Of a stretch of DNA of 64,000 nucleotides, positions 10,080-19,967 are shown one piece after another (position 1 is the first letter of the stretch; each line of letters opens with the position of its first letter). Source of the stretch: Nitrospirota bacterium (GTDB lineage Bacteria; Nitrospirota; UBA9217). The stretch covers positions 576,001-640,000 of the forward strand of contig CAVWHO010000016.1 in NCBI GenBank assembly GCA_963754875.1, read 5' to 3'. A model generated the notes under the pieces. That model was not told the DNA's origin, did no database searches, and saw only the letters and a list, made by a program, of their open reading frames with translations. Position numbers and translations under genes: made by a program.

Positions 10080-10856
10080 ATGAAATGGGACGCAGAGAAG
10101 TACGACGCGGTAAAAGCGCCGCAGATCGAAGCTGGCAAGGAGCTCATGTCCCTGGCCGGGATTCGTGAAAACGATGCAATTCTTGACCTCGGCTGCGGCA
10201 CCGGCAAGCTTACCAAGGAACTCGCGCATCTCGCTTCGAAGGGAGTTGTGGTGGGCATTGATCCGTCCGAGGAAATGCTCGAAAAAGCAAGGGTAGCCGC
10301 GTCACACACCGGCAATATGACGGTACTCCGGGCCGCGGCCGAGGAAATTAATTTTCTCGACAAGTTCGACCTGGCCTTTTCAAATTCCTCCATGCAATGG
10401 GTAAAGGACCAGCCCAAGGCAGCAGCCACGGCTTATCGAGCGCTTAAGCAAGGCGGCAGAATCGCATTTCAGTTTCCTGCGGCGAACTTTTGTGCGGAAT
10501 TCTTCGATTCGGTGGACGGGGCGATATCCATGCTGGGATATGACCGTTTCTTCGAGGGATGGCAGTCGCCCTGGCGGTTTCCCTCAAAGGAAGAGTATGA
10601 ATCAATGCTGAACCGGGCGGGCTTCAGAGCTCTCAATGTTTTTTACAAGAAATATCGAGTCGGTTTCGGAACTATTCCCGATGTCATGATCTGGTGGTCT
10701 TCGGCAGGATTGCGGCCCTATCTCGCGGCTCTGCCCGAAGGAGCACAAGAGCATTTTAAAGAGGCTTTTGCAGAAGGATTCAAGCGGAACAAAACCGATG
10801 CAGGAATCGAGTTCGATTTCAGGAGATTGTTCGCTTTGGCGAAAAAGGAAATATAA
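10080..10856 (+). CDS. Class I SAM-dependent methyltransferase, trans-aconitate methyltransferase (Tam)-like
   Basis: MKWDAEKY start, ILDLGCGTG motif I, GIDPSEEML, FSNSSMQWV; GGAGGTG RBS. Confidence 0.8.
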   Translation: MKWDAEKYDAVKAPQIEAGKELMSLAGIRENDAILDLGCGTGKLTKELAHLASKGVVVGIDPSEEMLEKARVAASHTGNMTVLRAAAEEINFLDKFDLAFSNSSMQWVKDQPKAAATAYRALKQGGRIAFQFPAANFCAEFFDSVDGAISMLGYDRFFEGWQSPWRFPSKEEYESMLNRAGFRALNVFYKKYRVGFGTIPDVMIWWSSAGLRPYLAALPEGAQEHFKEAFAEGFKRNKTDAGIEFDFRRLFALAKKEI

Positions 10857-10957
10857 CCACGTTCTCGCAGAATGCGCGGGACGCACGGATTAAGGCAGTT
10901 TAGTGGAATTCACATCGTATTCTTTACTGTGTGTCCGCGAAGCGGACCCGCGGTTAA
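10854..10957. repeat. Intergenic imperfect inverted-repeat element (TAACCAC...GCGGTTAA family)
   Basis: The reverse complement of the right arm, TTAACCGCGGGTCCGCTTCGCGGACACACAG, resembles TTAACCACGGGTCCCGCTGCGAGACACACAG at 26494. Confidence 0.55.
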
Positions 10958-10998
10958 TCAGGTTTTGACAAAACGCTTTTCCGGATAAGGAGACTACC

Positions 10999-12705
10999 AT
11001 GAAAACAATGCCTGCCCACAAATACAAACCCTTTCCCCCCGTCGCTCTGCCCGATCGTACCTGGCCGTCAAAAAACATAAAAACCGCGCCCACTTGGTGC
11101 AGCGTGGACTTGCGGGACGGGAACCAGGCGCTCGTTGTCCCGATGGGCGTCGAAGAGAAGCTGAAGATGTTTCAAATGCTCGTGGACATGGGGTTTAAGG
11201 AGATCGAGGTCGGATTTCCCTCGGCGTCGCAGATCGAGTACGACTTTGTCCGCATTCTGATCGAGAAACACCTCGTGCCCGATGACGTCACGCTCCAGGT
11301 GCTTACGCAGGCACGGGAACACCTGATCAGGAGGACCGTTGAATCTCTGCGCAACTCGCGCAGGGCAATCGTGCACCTGTATAACTCGACCTCGGAACTT
11401 CAGCGCAGGGTCGTTTTCCGCATGGGCAGGAAAGAGATCATCGAACTCGCTGTTGCCGGCGCACGGCTGATCAAAGAAGAGACCTCAAAGCTCGCGGACA
11501 CGGATTTTATCTTTGAATATTCACCCGAGAGCTTTACCGGCACGGAGCTCGACTTCGCGCTCGAGATCTGTGAAGCAGTAACTGATGTCTGGCAGCCGAC
11601 CTTGCACAGAAAAGTAATTCTCAACCTGCCGGCAACGGTCGAGATGTCAACGCCGAATGTTTATGCAGACCAGATCGAGTGGTTCAGCAGACACCTGCGG
11701 GACCGTGAATCTGTTGTGGTGAGTGTCCATGCGCATAATGATCGCGGCACCGGCGTGGCGGCAACAGAACTTGCGCTCCTGGCAGGCGCGGAACGCGTCG
11801 AGGGCACGCTCTTCGGGAACGGCGAGCGCACAGGCAACGTGGACCTGGTGACACTGGCGATGAACCTGTGCTCACAGGGTATTGACCCGAAACTGGACTT
11901 CCACGACATCGGCAGGATCATTGCCATGTACGAGCAATGCACCAGGCTCAATGTCCACGCGCGGCACCCCTATGCCGGAGAGCTTGTGTACACGGCTTTT
12001 TCTGGGTCTCATCAGGACGCTATCAACAAAGGCATGAAGGCGCGTGAAAAGGAACAATTCGGTTGCTGGGAGGTGCCTTATCTGCCGATCGATCCGAGTG
12101 ACGTGGGACGGACATTCGAGAATGTCATCAGAATCAACAGCCAATCCGGCAAAGGCGGCGTTGCCTATATCATGGAGAAGGAATATGGCTATTCCCTTCC
12201 CCGGGAAATGCATGCCGAATTCAGCCGCATGATCCAGGCGATCTCGGAAAAAACCGGAAAGGAAGTCCGGCCCGATGTCATGTGGGAGACTTTTGAACAA
12301 GAATATTTAAAGAAGACTGCACCGCTCGCTCTCAAGAGCTGCCACATTGACGAGAAGCCTGCGGGCAAGCATAACGATAATGTACGCGGCGCAACGATAC
12401 AGGCCTGTATCGTGATGAACGAAAGAGAGCACGACATAACAGGCACTGGCAACGGACCGATCGACGCTTTCTGTAAGGCGCTCAGGAGTGCGCTTAAGCT
12501 CGACTTCGATATCACGGCTTACTACGAACACGCGCTGGAGCAAGGGTCAGACTCGAAGGCCGTTGCCTACATTCAAGTTCGGGACAGGAACGACAATTTC
12601 GTGTTCGGCGCAGGCGTGGACACCAATATATCGATTGCATCGCTCAGGGCAGTCATGAGCGCCTTGAATAGATTGCCGAGTCTCACAATGGGGGGAACGA
12701 AGTGA
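10999..12705 (+). CDS. leuA: 2-isopropylmalate synthase (type 2, yeast/actinobacterial-like)
   Basis: WCSVDLRDGNQAL, HLYNSTS, EYSPESF, HAHNDRGTG, AFSGSHQDAI, INSQSGKGG, and C-terminal allosteric domain (GNGPIDA). Confidence 0.95.
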   Translation: MKTMPAHKYKPFPPVALPDRTWPSKNIKTAPTWCSVDLRDGNQALVVPMGVEEKLKMFQMLVDMGFKEIEVGFPSASQIEYDFVRILIEKHLVPDDVTLQVLTQAREHLIRRTVESLRNSRRAIVHLYNSTSELQRRVVFRMGRKEIIELAVAGARLIKEETSKLADTDFIFEYSPESFTGTELDFALEICEAVTDVWQPTLHRKVILNLPATVEMSTPNVYADQIEWFSRHLRDRESVVVSVHAHNDRGTGVAATELALLAGAERVEGTLFGNGERTGNVDLVTLAMNLCSQGIDPKLDFHDIGRIIAMYEQCTRLNVHARHPYAGELVYTAFSGSHQDAINKGMKAREKEQFGCWEVPYLPIDPSDVGRTFENVIRINSQSGKGGVAYIMEKEYGYSLPREMHAEFSRMIQAISEKTGKEVRPDVMWETFEQEYLKKTAPLALKSCHIDEKPAGKHNDNVRGATIQACIVMNEREHDITGTGNGPIDAFCKALRSALKLDFDITAYYEHALEQGSDSKAVAYIQVRDRNDNFVFGAGVDTNISIASLRAVMSALNRLPSLTMGGTK

Positions 12706-13602
12706 GTAGTACCACCGCCTTAATCGGACCGGGCAGGGCCAGGGTCATTACCGCACTCCTCACGCTGTACCTCGCCTGGAGCTCCACGTACCTCGCGATA
12801 CGGATCTCGCTCGAAGAGTTTCCCGCCGCTTTTCATTGCAGGGTCTCGGTACATGCTGGTCGGGGCAGGAATGTATCTCTATTTGCGCTGGAAAGGCGTG
12901 CCGTCGCCGGTCAGGCCGCAATGGCTCGCCTCATTAACAGTCGGCGCCTTTCTGCTCCTCGGCGGGACAGGAGGAGTTGTGTATGCCGAACAGTGGGTGG
13001 GGTCGGGCGTTGCCGCTCTCGTGCTCGCGACCACGCCGCTCTGGACCGTACTGTTCGCCGGCATATGGAAACAGTGGCCTGCGCGGCATGAGTGGATCGG
13101 TCTAGCCCTCGGCCTCGCGGGCATTCTCCTCCTGAACGTAGAAGGCGATCTGCATGCCCATCCCGCGGGTGCAATCCTTCTTGTCCTGTCCGCTGCTTCG
13201 TGGTCGTTCGGGTCCGTGCTGAGCCTGCGTCTGCCCCTTCCCTCGGGGATGATGGCAAGCGCGGCGCAGATGTTCAGCGGCGGATTGCTGGTGCTCGTTG
13301 TCGGCTTTGCTTCTGGAGAGCGTATCCCGACGCACCCGTCCATGCGGGCCTTGGGGGCGATGGTGTATCTCGCTATCTTCGGCTCGCTTCTGGGATACAC
13401 TGCTTACACATATTTGTTGAAGAACGTCCGCCCCGCTCTTGCAACCAGCTACGCCTACGTGAACCCCGCCCTTGCGGTGGTGCTCGGGATCTGGCTCGCT
13501 GATGAGACAGTGAACGCAATTGGTGTCATTGCAATGCTCACGATCCTTGCCGGGGTCATACTGGTCATAGCAGGACAGCGGCGATTGAGAGTGACGCCAT
13601 GA
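12702..13602 (+). CDS. yedA: EamA/DMT family exporter, YedA-like (frameshift near 12820)
   Basis: LYLAWSSTYLAIRI in frame 1, continuing in frame 2 to YLAIFGS...ATSYAYVNP; about 10 TM segments. Confidence 0.8.
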
Positions 13603-13675
13603 CCGGCTATGTTGATTGTGGACTGCATCAATATGGTTTTGGCTGAGAGAATGCCTGGCTGAGGAGACTGAACAT

Positions 13676-14419
13676 ATGGATTTGGACGAGATACGACAGA
13701 GGATCGACCAAGTCGATTCAGAGATAATCGCGCTTCTTTCTCAGCGCGCCAAGCTGGTCAGCGCGGCGGGTCAACTGAAAAAGAACAAAGAAGGCGTCCG
13801 GGACGGAAAGCGCGTCGAACAGGTGATCGAGCGGGTAAAGGCAAGGGCTGCCCAGGCAGGACTCTCACCGCATATTGCCGAGAAGGTCTACCGGACCATC
13901 GTCAAGTGTTTCATCGAGAAGGAACTGCAGGAGTACACTAACCTGCTCGACCGGACACTCACCGATGACATACGCCTAGCATCGGAAACGGACGCGGCGG
14001 AGATACTGGAAATACAGAAGGCGGCCTTTCACGGGCAAGGCATTTTGTATAACGACATGACGCTGCCGCCCCTGGTCCAGACTTTGGGCGAACTGGTACA
14101 GGATTTCAAGCACCATTCTTTCCTGAAAGCGCTTTGCGACGGACAGATCGTGGGATCAGTGAGAGGCCGCGTTGAGGGGGACACGTGCCATGTTTCACGC
14201 TTGATCGTGAGGCCGGATTATCAAAACAGGGGCATCGGGAAAAAGCTGATGCTTGCCGTTGAAAACGAATTCAGCAGTGTGCAGCGTTACGAGCTGTTCA
14301 CCGGGCACAAGAGCGAAAGGAACATTGCTTTATACGAAAAACTCGGATATCGCAAATACGGTGAAAAGCCCCAGGGTGATACTGTACTCTTGTTCTGCAT
14401 GGAAAAATGGACAGCCTGA
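13676..14419 (+). CDS. Chorismate mutase (AroQ/CM_2)-GNAT acetyltransferase fusion
   Basis: LDEIRQRIDQVDSEIIALLSQRAKLV...VRDGKRVEQV, then RLIVRPDYQNRGIGKKLM...NIALYEKLGY. Confidence 0.8.
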   Translation: MDLDEIRQRIDQVDSEIIALLSQRAKLVSAAGQLKKNKEGVRDGKRVEQVIERVKARAAQAGLSPHIAEKVYRTIVKCFIEKELQEYTNLLDRTLTDDIRLASETDAAEILEIQKAAFHGQGILYNDMTLPPLVQTLGELVQDFKHHSFLKALCDGQIVGSVRGRVEGDTCHVSRLIVRPDYQNRGIGKKLMLAVENEFSSVQRYELFTGHKSERNIALYEKLGYRKYGEKPQGDTVLLFCMEKWTA

Positions 14420-14558
14420 ACCCCCTTTTATATTCAGGGAGCATAATAGACGATGACCGTTTATTGAGGCACGCCTAACTTTTGCAATACACGTTTGTTT
14501 TTTTCTCGATTTCTGATACACTCGAACTCACAGCACAGGCTGTTGGCTTTTACAATGC

Positions 14559-15764
14559 ATGAGGGAAAATCAAATGGACAGCATCTTTTCCGACAGCATT
14601 ACCGACGTTCCCCGTTCGTTCATCCGTGAAATCCTCAAGGTCGCACTCGATCCTGCGGTCATTTCTTTTGCCGGCGGCCTTCCGAACAGGCAGCTGTTCC
14701 CTGCCAGGGAGCTGAAGGCGGCGACGGACAAGGTATTCGCTTTTCACGGGAATGATATTTTTCAGTACAGCAACTCAGAAGGATATCTGAAGCTGAGAGA
14801 ATATATTGCCGGGCGCTACCGGCAGACGAAGAAGCTCGACATCCCGGTCGAAGACATCCTGATCACCAGCGGCTCTCAACAAGGGCTGGACCTTTTGGGC
14901 AAGATCCTCCTGAACAAAGGCGACAGTGTGGTCATCGAAGAGCCCGGCTATTTGGGGGCGATCCAGGCCTTTTCGATTTACAAGCCGAAGTTTCTCCCGG
15001 TACTCGTTTCTGAGCAGGGAATGGACACACAGCGGCTGCGGCGCGGCCTCGCCTCGGAGAAGCCGAAACTGATGTACACGGTCCCGAATTTCCAAAATCC
15101 CTCAGGTATCTCGTATTCGAATGAAAATAGGGCCGAAGTTTCGGAAATCCTTCGTAGCACAAAAACGCTCCTGATCGAAGACGACCCTTACGGCGAGTTG
15201 CGGTTCTCAGGACAACGCAAACAATCGTTCAAGGAACTGCTGCCCGACAACACGATCCTCTTGGGTTCTTTTTCGAAAACGATTGTACCCGGGTTCAGGC
15301 TGGGATGGATCGCGGCCCCGAAATATATTATGGACAAGCTGATCATTGCAAAGCAGGCTTCCGATCTTCACACGAGCCATTTTACGCAGAGCATCATTTA
15401 CCACTATTTGCGCGACAATGATGTTGACGCACATATAGAAAAAATCCGGGATGCCTACGGGAGGCAATGCAGGGCAATGCTCAACAGTATCGGAAAGCAT
15501 TTTCCTCAGAACGTAAAGCATACGAAGCCCGAGGGTGGCATGTTCCTCTGGGCCGAATTACCGCAGAACGCTGCAGCGCTCGATTTGTTTGATCTGGCGG
15601 TAAAAGACAAAGTCATTTTTGTTCCTGGGGACCCCTTCTACGTCAACAAAACACGAACAAGTACTATGCGCTTGAATTTTTCCTGCGTTGATGAAGAAAC
15701 AATAGAAGTCGGCATTGGCCGGTTGGGCAATGCAATTCGCGAACTCTTACAAAATACGAAATAG
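14559..15764 (+). CDS. PLP-dependent aminotransferase class I/II (LysN/2-aminoadipate transaminase-like)
   Basis: SFIREILK, ISFAGGLP, PNFQNPSG, EDDPYGEL, GSFSKTIVPGFRLGW, PEGGMFLW. Confidence 0.9.
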   Translation: MRENQMDSIFSDSITDVPRSFIREILKVALDPAVISFAGGLPNRQLFPARELKAATDKVFAFHGNDIFQYSNSEGYLKLREYIAGRYRQTKKLDIPVEDILITSGSQQGLDLLGKILLNKGDSVVIEEPGYLGAIQAFSIYKPKFLPVLVSEQGMDTQRLRRGLASEKPKLMYTVPNFQNPSGISYSNENRAEVSEILRSTKTLLIEDDPYGELRFSGQRKQSFKELLPDNTILLGSFSKTIVPGFRLGWIAAPKYIMDKLIIAKQASDLHTSHFTQSIIYHYLRDNDVDAHIEKIRDAYGRQCRAMLNSIGKHFPQNVKHTKPEGGMFLWAELPQNAAALDLFDLAVKDKVIFVPGDPFYVNKTRTSTMRLNFSCVDEETIEVGIGRLGNAIRELLQNTK

Positions 15765-15783
15765 GCGGCTGCGAGGAGAAAGT

Positions 15784-16341
15784 ATGAATTCCGCATTGGT
15801 GCTGGTTGATATTCAACAGGACTATTTTCCGAAGGGGAGGATGGAAGTAGTCGGAGCTGTCGAAGCAAGCCAAGCCGCCAAAAGGCTTTTGGATTTTTTT
15901 AGAACGAAAAAATTGCCGATTGTCCATATCCAGCATATTTCCACGCGGCCGGGCGCTACATTTTTCCTGCCGAATACGGAGGGGATACACTTGCACGAAA
16001 GCGTCTCGCCTTTGCCCGACGAAACAATTGTTAAAAAACATTTCCCGAACAGTTTCAGGGATACGCATCTGCAGGAATATCTTCTTTCGCAAGAGATCAA
16101 GGACCTGGTGATCTGCGGGATGATGTCTCATATGTGTATTGACGCAACCGTTCGGGCGGCCTTCGACAAAGGGTATCAATGTATGGTTGCTCACGATGCC
16201 TGTGCAGCGAGAAGCCTGGCTTTTCATGGTTCCAATATCCCCGCGAGTAACGTCCACGGGGCGTATATGGCCGCCTTGGGTGCAGTTTTTGCGAAGGTAG
16301 CAAGTGCGAACGACATCATGGGGATGCTCGGCGACACGTAA
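15784..16341 (+). CDS. Isochorismatase-family cysteine hydrolase
   Basis: ALVLVDIQQDYF, KHFPNSFRDT, GMMSHMCIDATVRAA. Confidence 0.9.
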   Translation: MNSALVLVDIQQDYFPKGRMEVVGAVEASQAAKRLLDFFRTKKLPIVHIQHISTRPGATFFLPNTEGIHLHESVSPLPDETIVKKHFPNSFRDTHLQEYLLSQEIKDLVICGMMSHMCIDATVRAAFDKGYQCMVAHDACAARSLAFHGSNIPASNVHGAYMAALGAVFAKVASANDIMGMLGDT

Positions 16342-16370
16342 TCAGGCTGTCGAAAAAGGAGGGGCCACGA

Positions 16371-17030
16371 ATGTCCGTAAAAAAGTATATCGTGATATCG
16401 CTCGTGGCGATTGTTGTTATTCTCGCCGTGATCGTCTTCGCTATCATGAAGAAATTTTTTACGCCAACCAAGGGTGCGAAAATCGCCGCCTACGCCAACC
16501 CGCAAAAAGCCCTCCTGGTCATCGACGTTCAGGAAGACTATACCGGGCTCAGAGGCAAGCAGCCTAGCCTGTATAAGAACGTTGAGCCGCAGATCGCGGT
16601 CATCAACACACTTATCGACAAGGCGTCGAAGTCGGGAGCCAGGGTGATCTATATCCGCCAGATCTTTGACGACAACTTCATTACTCGGCTTCTTGGGGGC
16701 CGGGCCATCGAGAGCAAGCCGGGAACGGAAGTCGACTCGAGAATAAACGTGGTAAGTCGCAACGATTTCACAAAGAAGTTTTCCGACGCTTTTTCAAACC
16801 GGCAATTGGACGAGTTCCTCATCCGGAATCAGGTAAACGAGCTGTATCTGGTGGGACTGGACGCTGCCTATTGCGTTCACAACACCGCCAGGGGCGCCCT
16901 TAACCGGGGGTACAAAGTAAAGATCGTCAAGGACGCGATCATAACCCGCATAGACATGAGCGACATCCTGAAGCAATACGAGCAGGAAGGTATTTTAGTG
17001 ACTTCGAGCGCGGAATTCGCGGATAGGTAA
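16371..17030 (+). CDS. Isochorismatase-family cysteine hydrolase with N-terminal membrane anchor
   Basis: TM helix at about residues 6-26; ALLVIDVQED, KFSDAFSN, GLDAAYCV. Confidence 0.85.
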   Translation: MSVKKYIVISLVAIVVILAVIVFAIMKKFFTPTKGAKIAAYANPQKALLVIDVQEDYTGLRGKQPSLYKNVEPQIAVINTLIDKASKSGARVIYIRQIFDDNFITRLLGGRAIESKPGTEVDSRINVVSRNDFTKKFSDAFSNRQLDEFLIRNQVNELYLVGLDAAYCVHNTARGALNRGYKVKIVKDAIITRIDMSDILKQYEQEGILVTSSAEFADR

Positions 17031-17116
17031 TTCCCGTCCAGAACGCCGATGGTGACTCATCCTCTTTGCGTGATACAGTTAATCATATCTGCAAGACTGA
17101 ACATGAGAGGCCCGTC

Positions 17117-17563
17117 ATGAACTACGAAGAGCTCAAAAAAATTCTTGCACCCTGCGGCCTGAACTGCATGAAGTGCCAGATGTACAGCGACGGCGACATC
17201 AAGCGGCATTCAGTGGAGCTGCGAAGGCTGCTGGGCTCCTTCGACAGCTATGCGGAGCGGTTTTCAAAATTCCTTTCCGTGTATCAGAACTATCCCGCGT
17301 TCAAGGAACTGCTCGCCCACTTCAGCCAAGCCGGCTGCAAAGGATGCCGCAAGGGTGACTGCAAATATCCGAACTGCGGGGTGGCGACATGCTACAAGCA
17401 GAAGGGCGTTGATTTCTGTTTTCAGTGTAAGGACTTCCCCTGTGACAAGTCCAACTTCGACCCTAACCTCCATGAGCGATGGGTCAGGATGAACCGTCGT
17501 ATGAAGGAGCTCGGCGTTGAAGCGTATTACGAAGCGACGAAAGACCAGCCGCGATACGCGTAA
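17117..17563 (+). CDS. DUF3795 domain-containing Cys-rich protein
   Basis: APCGLNCMKC...CKGCR...C...C...FCFQCKDFPC. Confidence 0.85.
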   Translation: MNYEELKKILAPCGLNCMKCQMYSDGDIKRHSVELRRLLGSFDSYAERFSKFLSVYQNYPAFKELLAHFSQAGCKGCRKGDCKYPNCGVATCYKQKGVDFCFQCKDFPCDKSNFDPNLHERWVRMNRRMKELGVEAYYEATKDQPRYA

Positions 17564-17628
17564 GTCATACGACTTCACTTCAGTGAACCCTGTCCGGCAC
17601 CTGAGCAATACGTAACGAGGTGTTACCC

Positions 17629-18411
17629 ATGTCCGATAAGCACTCAGAACTTTTCGATCAATTATACTGCGACAATCAGCCAAAGGTATATAGACTCGCC
17701 TTGTCGCTTGCCGGTAATGCGCACGACGCCGAGGACATAACTCAGGAGGCATTTTTCCGCGCTTTTCGCGCCTATGAAACCTTTCGCAATGAGAGCTCTT
17801 TTTTCACCTGGATCTATCGAATCGCCCTGAACGTTGCCAATGACCATCTGAAATATCGAAGCAAGCTGCCCTACCAGTCTTTGACCGAAGACCAGGGTTA
17901 CTCTTTCGAAGAGGTCATCGACATGAATCCTGCGAACAATCCTGAAACCGAGCTTCTTGCTTACCAAGTCAGGATCAAATGCCTTCATGCCTTGACGGAG
18001 TGCCTGCAGGCGAACGAGCGAAAGGTCTTTTGCCTGGCCGTCACCCTGGACCTGCCGCACAAACAAATTGCCGAAATCCTGGAATGTTCCGTCGGCTCCG
18101 TCAAAACAACGCTGCACCGGGCCAGGAAAAGGTGGTTCGGCTACATGGAAAACATGTGCCAGTTCCTCAAGAAATCCAATCCCTGCAACTGCAAGCAGTA
18201 CGTACGCTTCGCCCTTTCTAAGGGCCTGATCTCAAAAAACCTCGCCGTCGATCCCCGCCCGCCGAGAATCATGCAGGCCAAAAAAGAAGTCATTAACCTG
18301 CGGACGATCCGTGATTTCTACCAGGACCTTTACCGGGAACATGCAGACGATTCGTTTGCGCAAAGAATCAGGGACGGCATACGGAATAAAGAATGGACGA
18401 TTCTTTCCTGA
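17629..18411 (+). CDS. ECF sigma factor with Cys-rich C-terminal extension
   Basis: DAEDITQEAF, FFTWIYRIALN (sigma2); HKQIAEILECSVGSVKTTLHRAR (sigma4); extension CQFLKKSNPCNC. Confidence 0.9.
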   Translation: MSDKHSELFDQLYCDNQPKVYRLALSLAGNAHDAEDITQEAFFRAFRAYETFRNESSFFTWIYRIALNVANDHLKYRSKLPYQSLTEDQGYSFEEVIDMNPANNPETELLAYQVRIKCLHALTECLQANERKVFCLAVTLDLPHKQIAEILECSVGSVKTTLHRARKRWFGYMENMCQFLKKSNPCNCKQYVRFALSKGLISKNLAVDPRPPRIMQAKKEVINLRTIRDFYQDLYREHADDSFAQRIRDGIRNKEWTILS

Positions 18412-18419
18412 TTTATTTT

Positions 18420-18448
18420 TGTAACCTTTCCCCTCCGGGCCGGTCTAA
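18420..18448 (+). promoter_or_regulatory. Putative ECF sigma promoter upstream of DUF3795 genes
   Basis: TGTAACC (-35 with AAC) ... GGTCTAA (-10), immediately after the sigma gene and 31 nt before the ATG at 18480. Confidence 0.55.
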
Positions 18449-18479
18449 CTGACAGATAACCCAAAAGGAGGATTTTTTC

Positions 18480-18911
18480 ATGAAGACAAAAGACGACATC
18501 TCCCTCGTCGCGCCCTGCGGAATGCACTGCGGAGCCTGCCCGATGTACAAGGTTAAGGATGATCCGTCCCTGCGGGAAGCGCTGGTCAAGAGGATAAACT
18601 GGAACGGCATTCCCTGTTCGGGGTGCAGACCAGGCAAGGGACATAACCAGTTTATCGAGGGAACATGCCCGACGTACGGCTGCGCGACCGGACGAGGGCG
18701 CGACTTCTGTTTTGAATGCAAGGATTTCCCCTGTGCAAAATTGAATCCGGCGTCCGACAGGGCGGATGTCCTGCCGCACAACCTGAAGATATTCAACCTG
18801 AGCTTCATCAAACAGCACGGGGTGGCCAAGTACCTGGAAAAAGAACCCGAGATCAAGCAAAGATATTACCGCGGCAAGATGGTGATCGGCAAAGGGCCGC
18901 AACTCGGGTAG
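18480..18911 (+). CDS. DUF3795 domain-containing Cys-rich protein
   Basis: APCGMHCGAC...CSGCR...FCFECKDFPC...PHNLK; AAGGAGG RBS. Confidence 0.85.
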   Translation: MKTKDDISLVAPCGMHCGACPMYKVKDDPSLREALVKRINWNGIPCSGCRPGKGHNQFIEGTCPTYGCATGRGRDFCFECKDFPCAKLNPASDRADVLPHNLKIFNLSFIKQHGVAKYLEKEPEIKQRYYRGKMVIGKGPQLG

Positions 18912-19004
18912 ATCGGCTCCTATCACAAGAACGCTGCCATCTTGATGAAAATCGAAGAGATTTGCCGGCGATAATCAATAAATGTATTGTTATAAGGAGG
19001 AGCC

Positions 19005-19436
19005 ATGAAAGACAAAAAGGCTTTGACGGCGCCGTGCGGTTTGGCCTGTTTCCTTTGCGATTTCTACGAGGATAATTTGACAGACGAAGTCGCTGAATTA
19101 ACGCACCTCAAATTCGGCGTGCCAAAAAAAGAAATACCCTGCAAGGGCTGCCGCGGGCAGGACGGGAAGCATTTCCATCTTCCGCACGGGTGCGCAACTC
19201 TGGACTGTGTCAAAGCCAAGGGGGTTACCTTGTGCTGTGAATGTAATGATTTTCCGTGTGCCTTTCTCGCGCCGACGGCGGACAAAGCCGCACACTTACC
19301 TCACAACACAAAACTTTACAATCTTTGCCGTATCAAGAAGATGGGGCTTGAACGCTGGATCGAGGAAGAAGCAGGCCAGATACGAGAAAAATATTTTACC
19401 GGAAAATTTGTCATGGGAAGAGGTCAGGCTGATTAA
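19005..19436 (+). CDS. DUF3795 domain-containing Cys-rich protein
   Basis: APCGLACFLC...CKGCR...LCCECNDFPC...PHNTK; AAGGAGG RBS. Confidence 0.85.
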   Translation: MKDKKALTAPCGLACFLCDFYEDNLTDEVAELTHLKFGVPKKEIPCKGCRGQDGKHFHLPHGCATLDCVKAKGVTLCCECNDFPCAFLAPTADKAAHLPHNTKLYNLCRIKKMGLERWIEEEAGQIREKYFTGKFVMGRGQAD

Positions 19437-19501
19437 GATGCTTCCGGAATATTGAACAAGAGCCATTATCAATAGCATTGGCCCTACGAAGGAGATCAGC
19501 G

Positions 19502-19811
19502 ATGGCCGAGATACTGGAAGTTTTCGTTCATTCCACGAATCAAAAACTGGGTTATATTGGGAGAGCAAAGTCTAATGCTCCGATCGTTATGGACTACACG
19601 CCTCCGCTCGGTGATGGGCAGGGTTATATGCCCCTTGAGCCCCACGTCATTCCGGAAAATTTTTCTCGCCTTTGAGCTCCAGTCCAAAGATGCCGTGGAT
19701 GCAGACGTGCAGAAAGCGCTCAAGCTTGCCGAAGACTCGGTCTGCGCCGTATGGGCCATGGTAAAAGGCAACGTTGAAATTGTGACCGAATACAAGATGA
19801 TGAAGTCGTAA
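19502..19811 (+). pseudogene. OsmC family gene with internal deletion and frameshift
   Basis: N-part MDYTPPLGDGQGYMPLE joins out of frame to PTSFRKIF...AEDSVCAVWAMVK; the segment carrying the first Cys is missing. Confidence 0.7.
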
Positions 19812-19967
19812 CAAGTCATTCTCACACGAAGATCACAAAAGACACAAAGAAAAACCTTAAGTGTTTTCAAGCGGCATTTCTTCGTGTCGTTGTGCCGACC
19901 TGTGAAATTTTGACTTCTTTCGAGACCATCACGATAGTCGCTGCATGAGGAAAGGACGGTCCAGGTT

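Noticed and set aside
12702..12860. Programmed frameshifting in yedA, oppD or the topoisomerase gene
   Set aside because: These families are not known to use recoding, and the window-wide indel rate explains the breaks.
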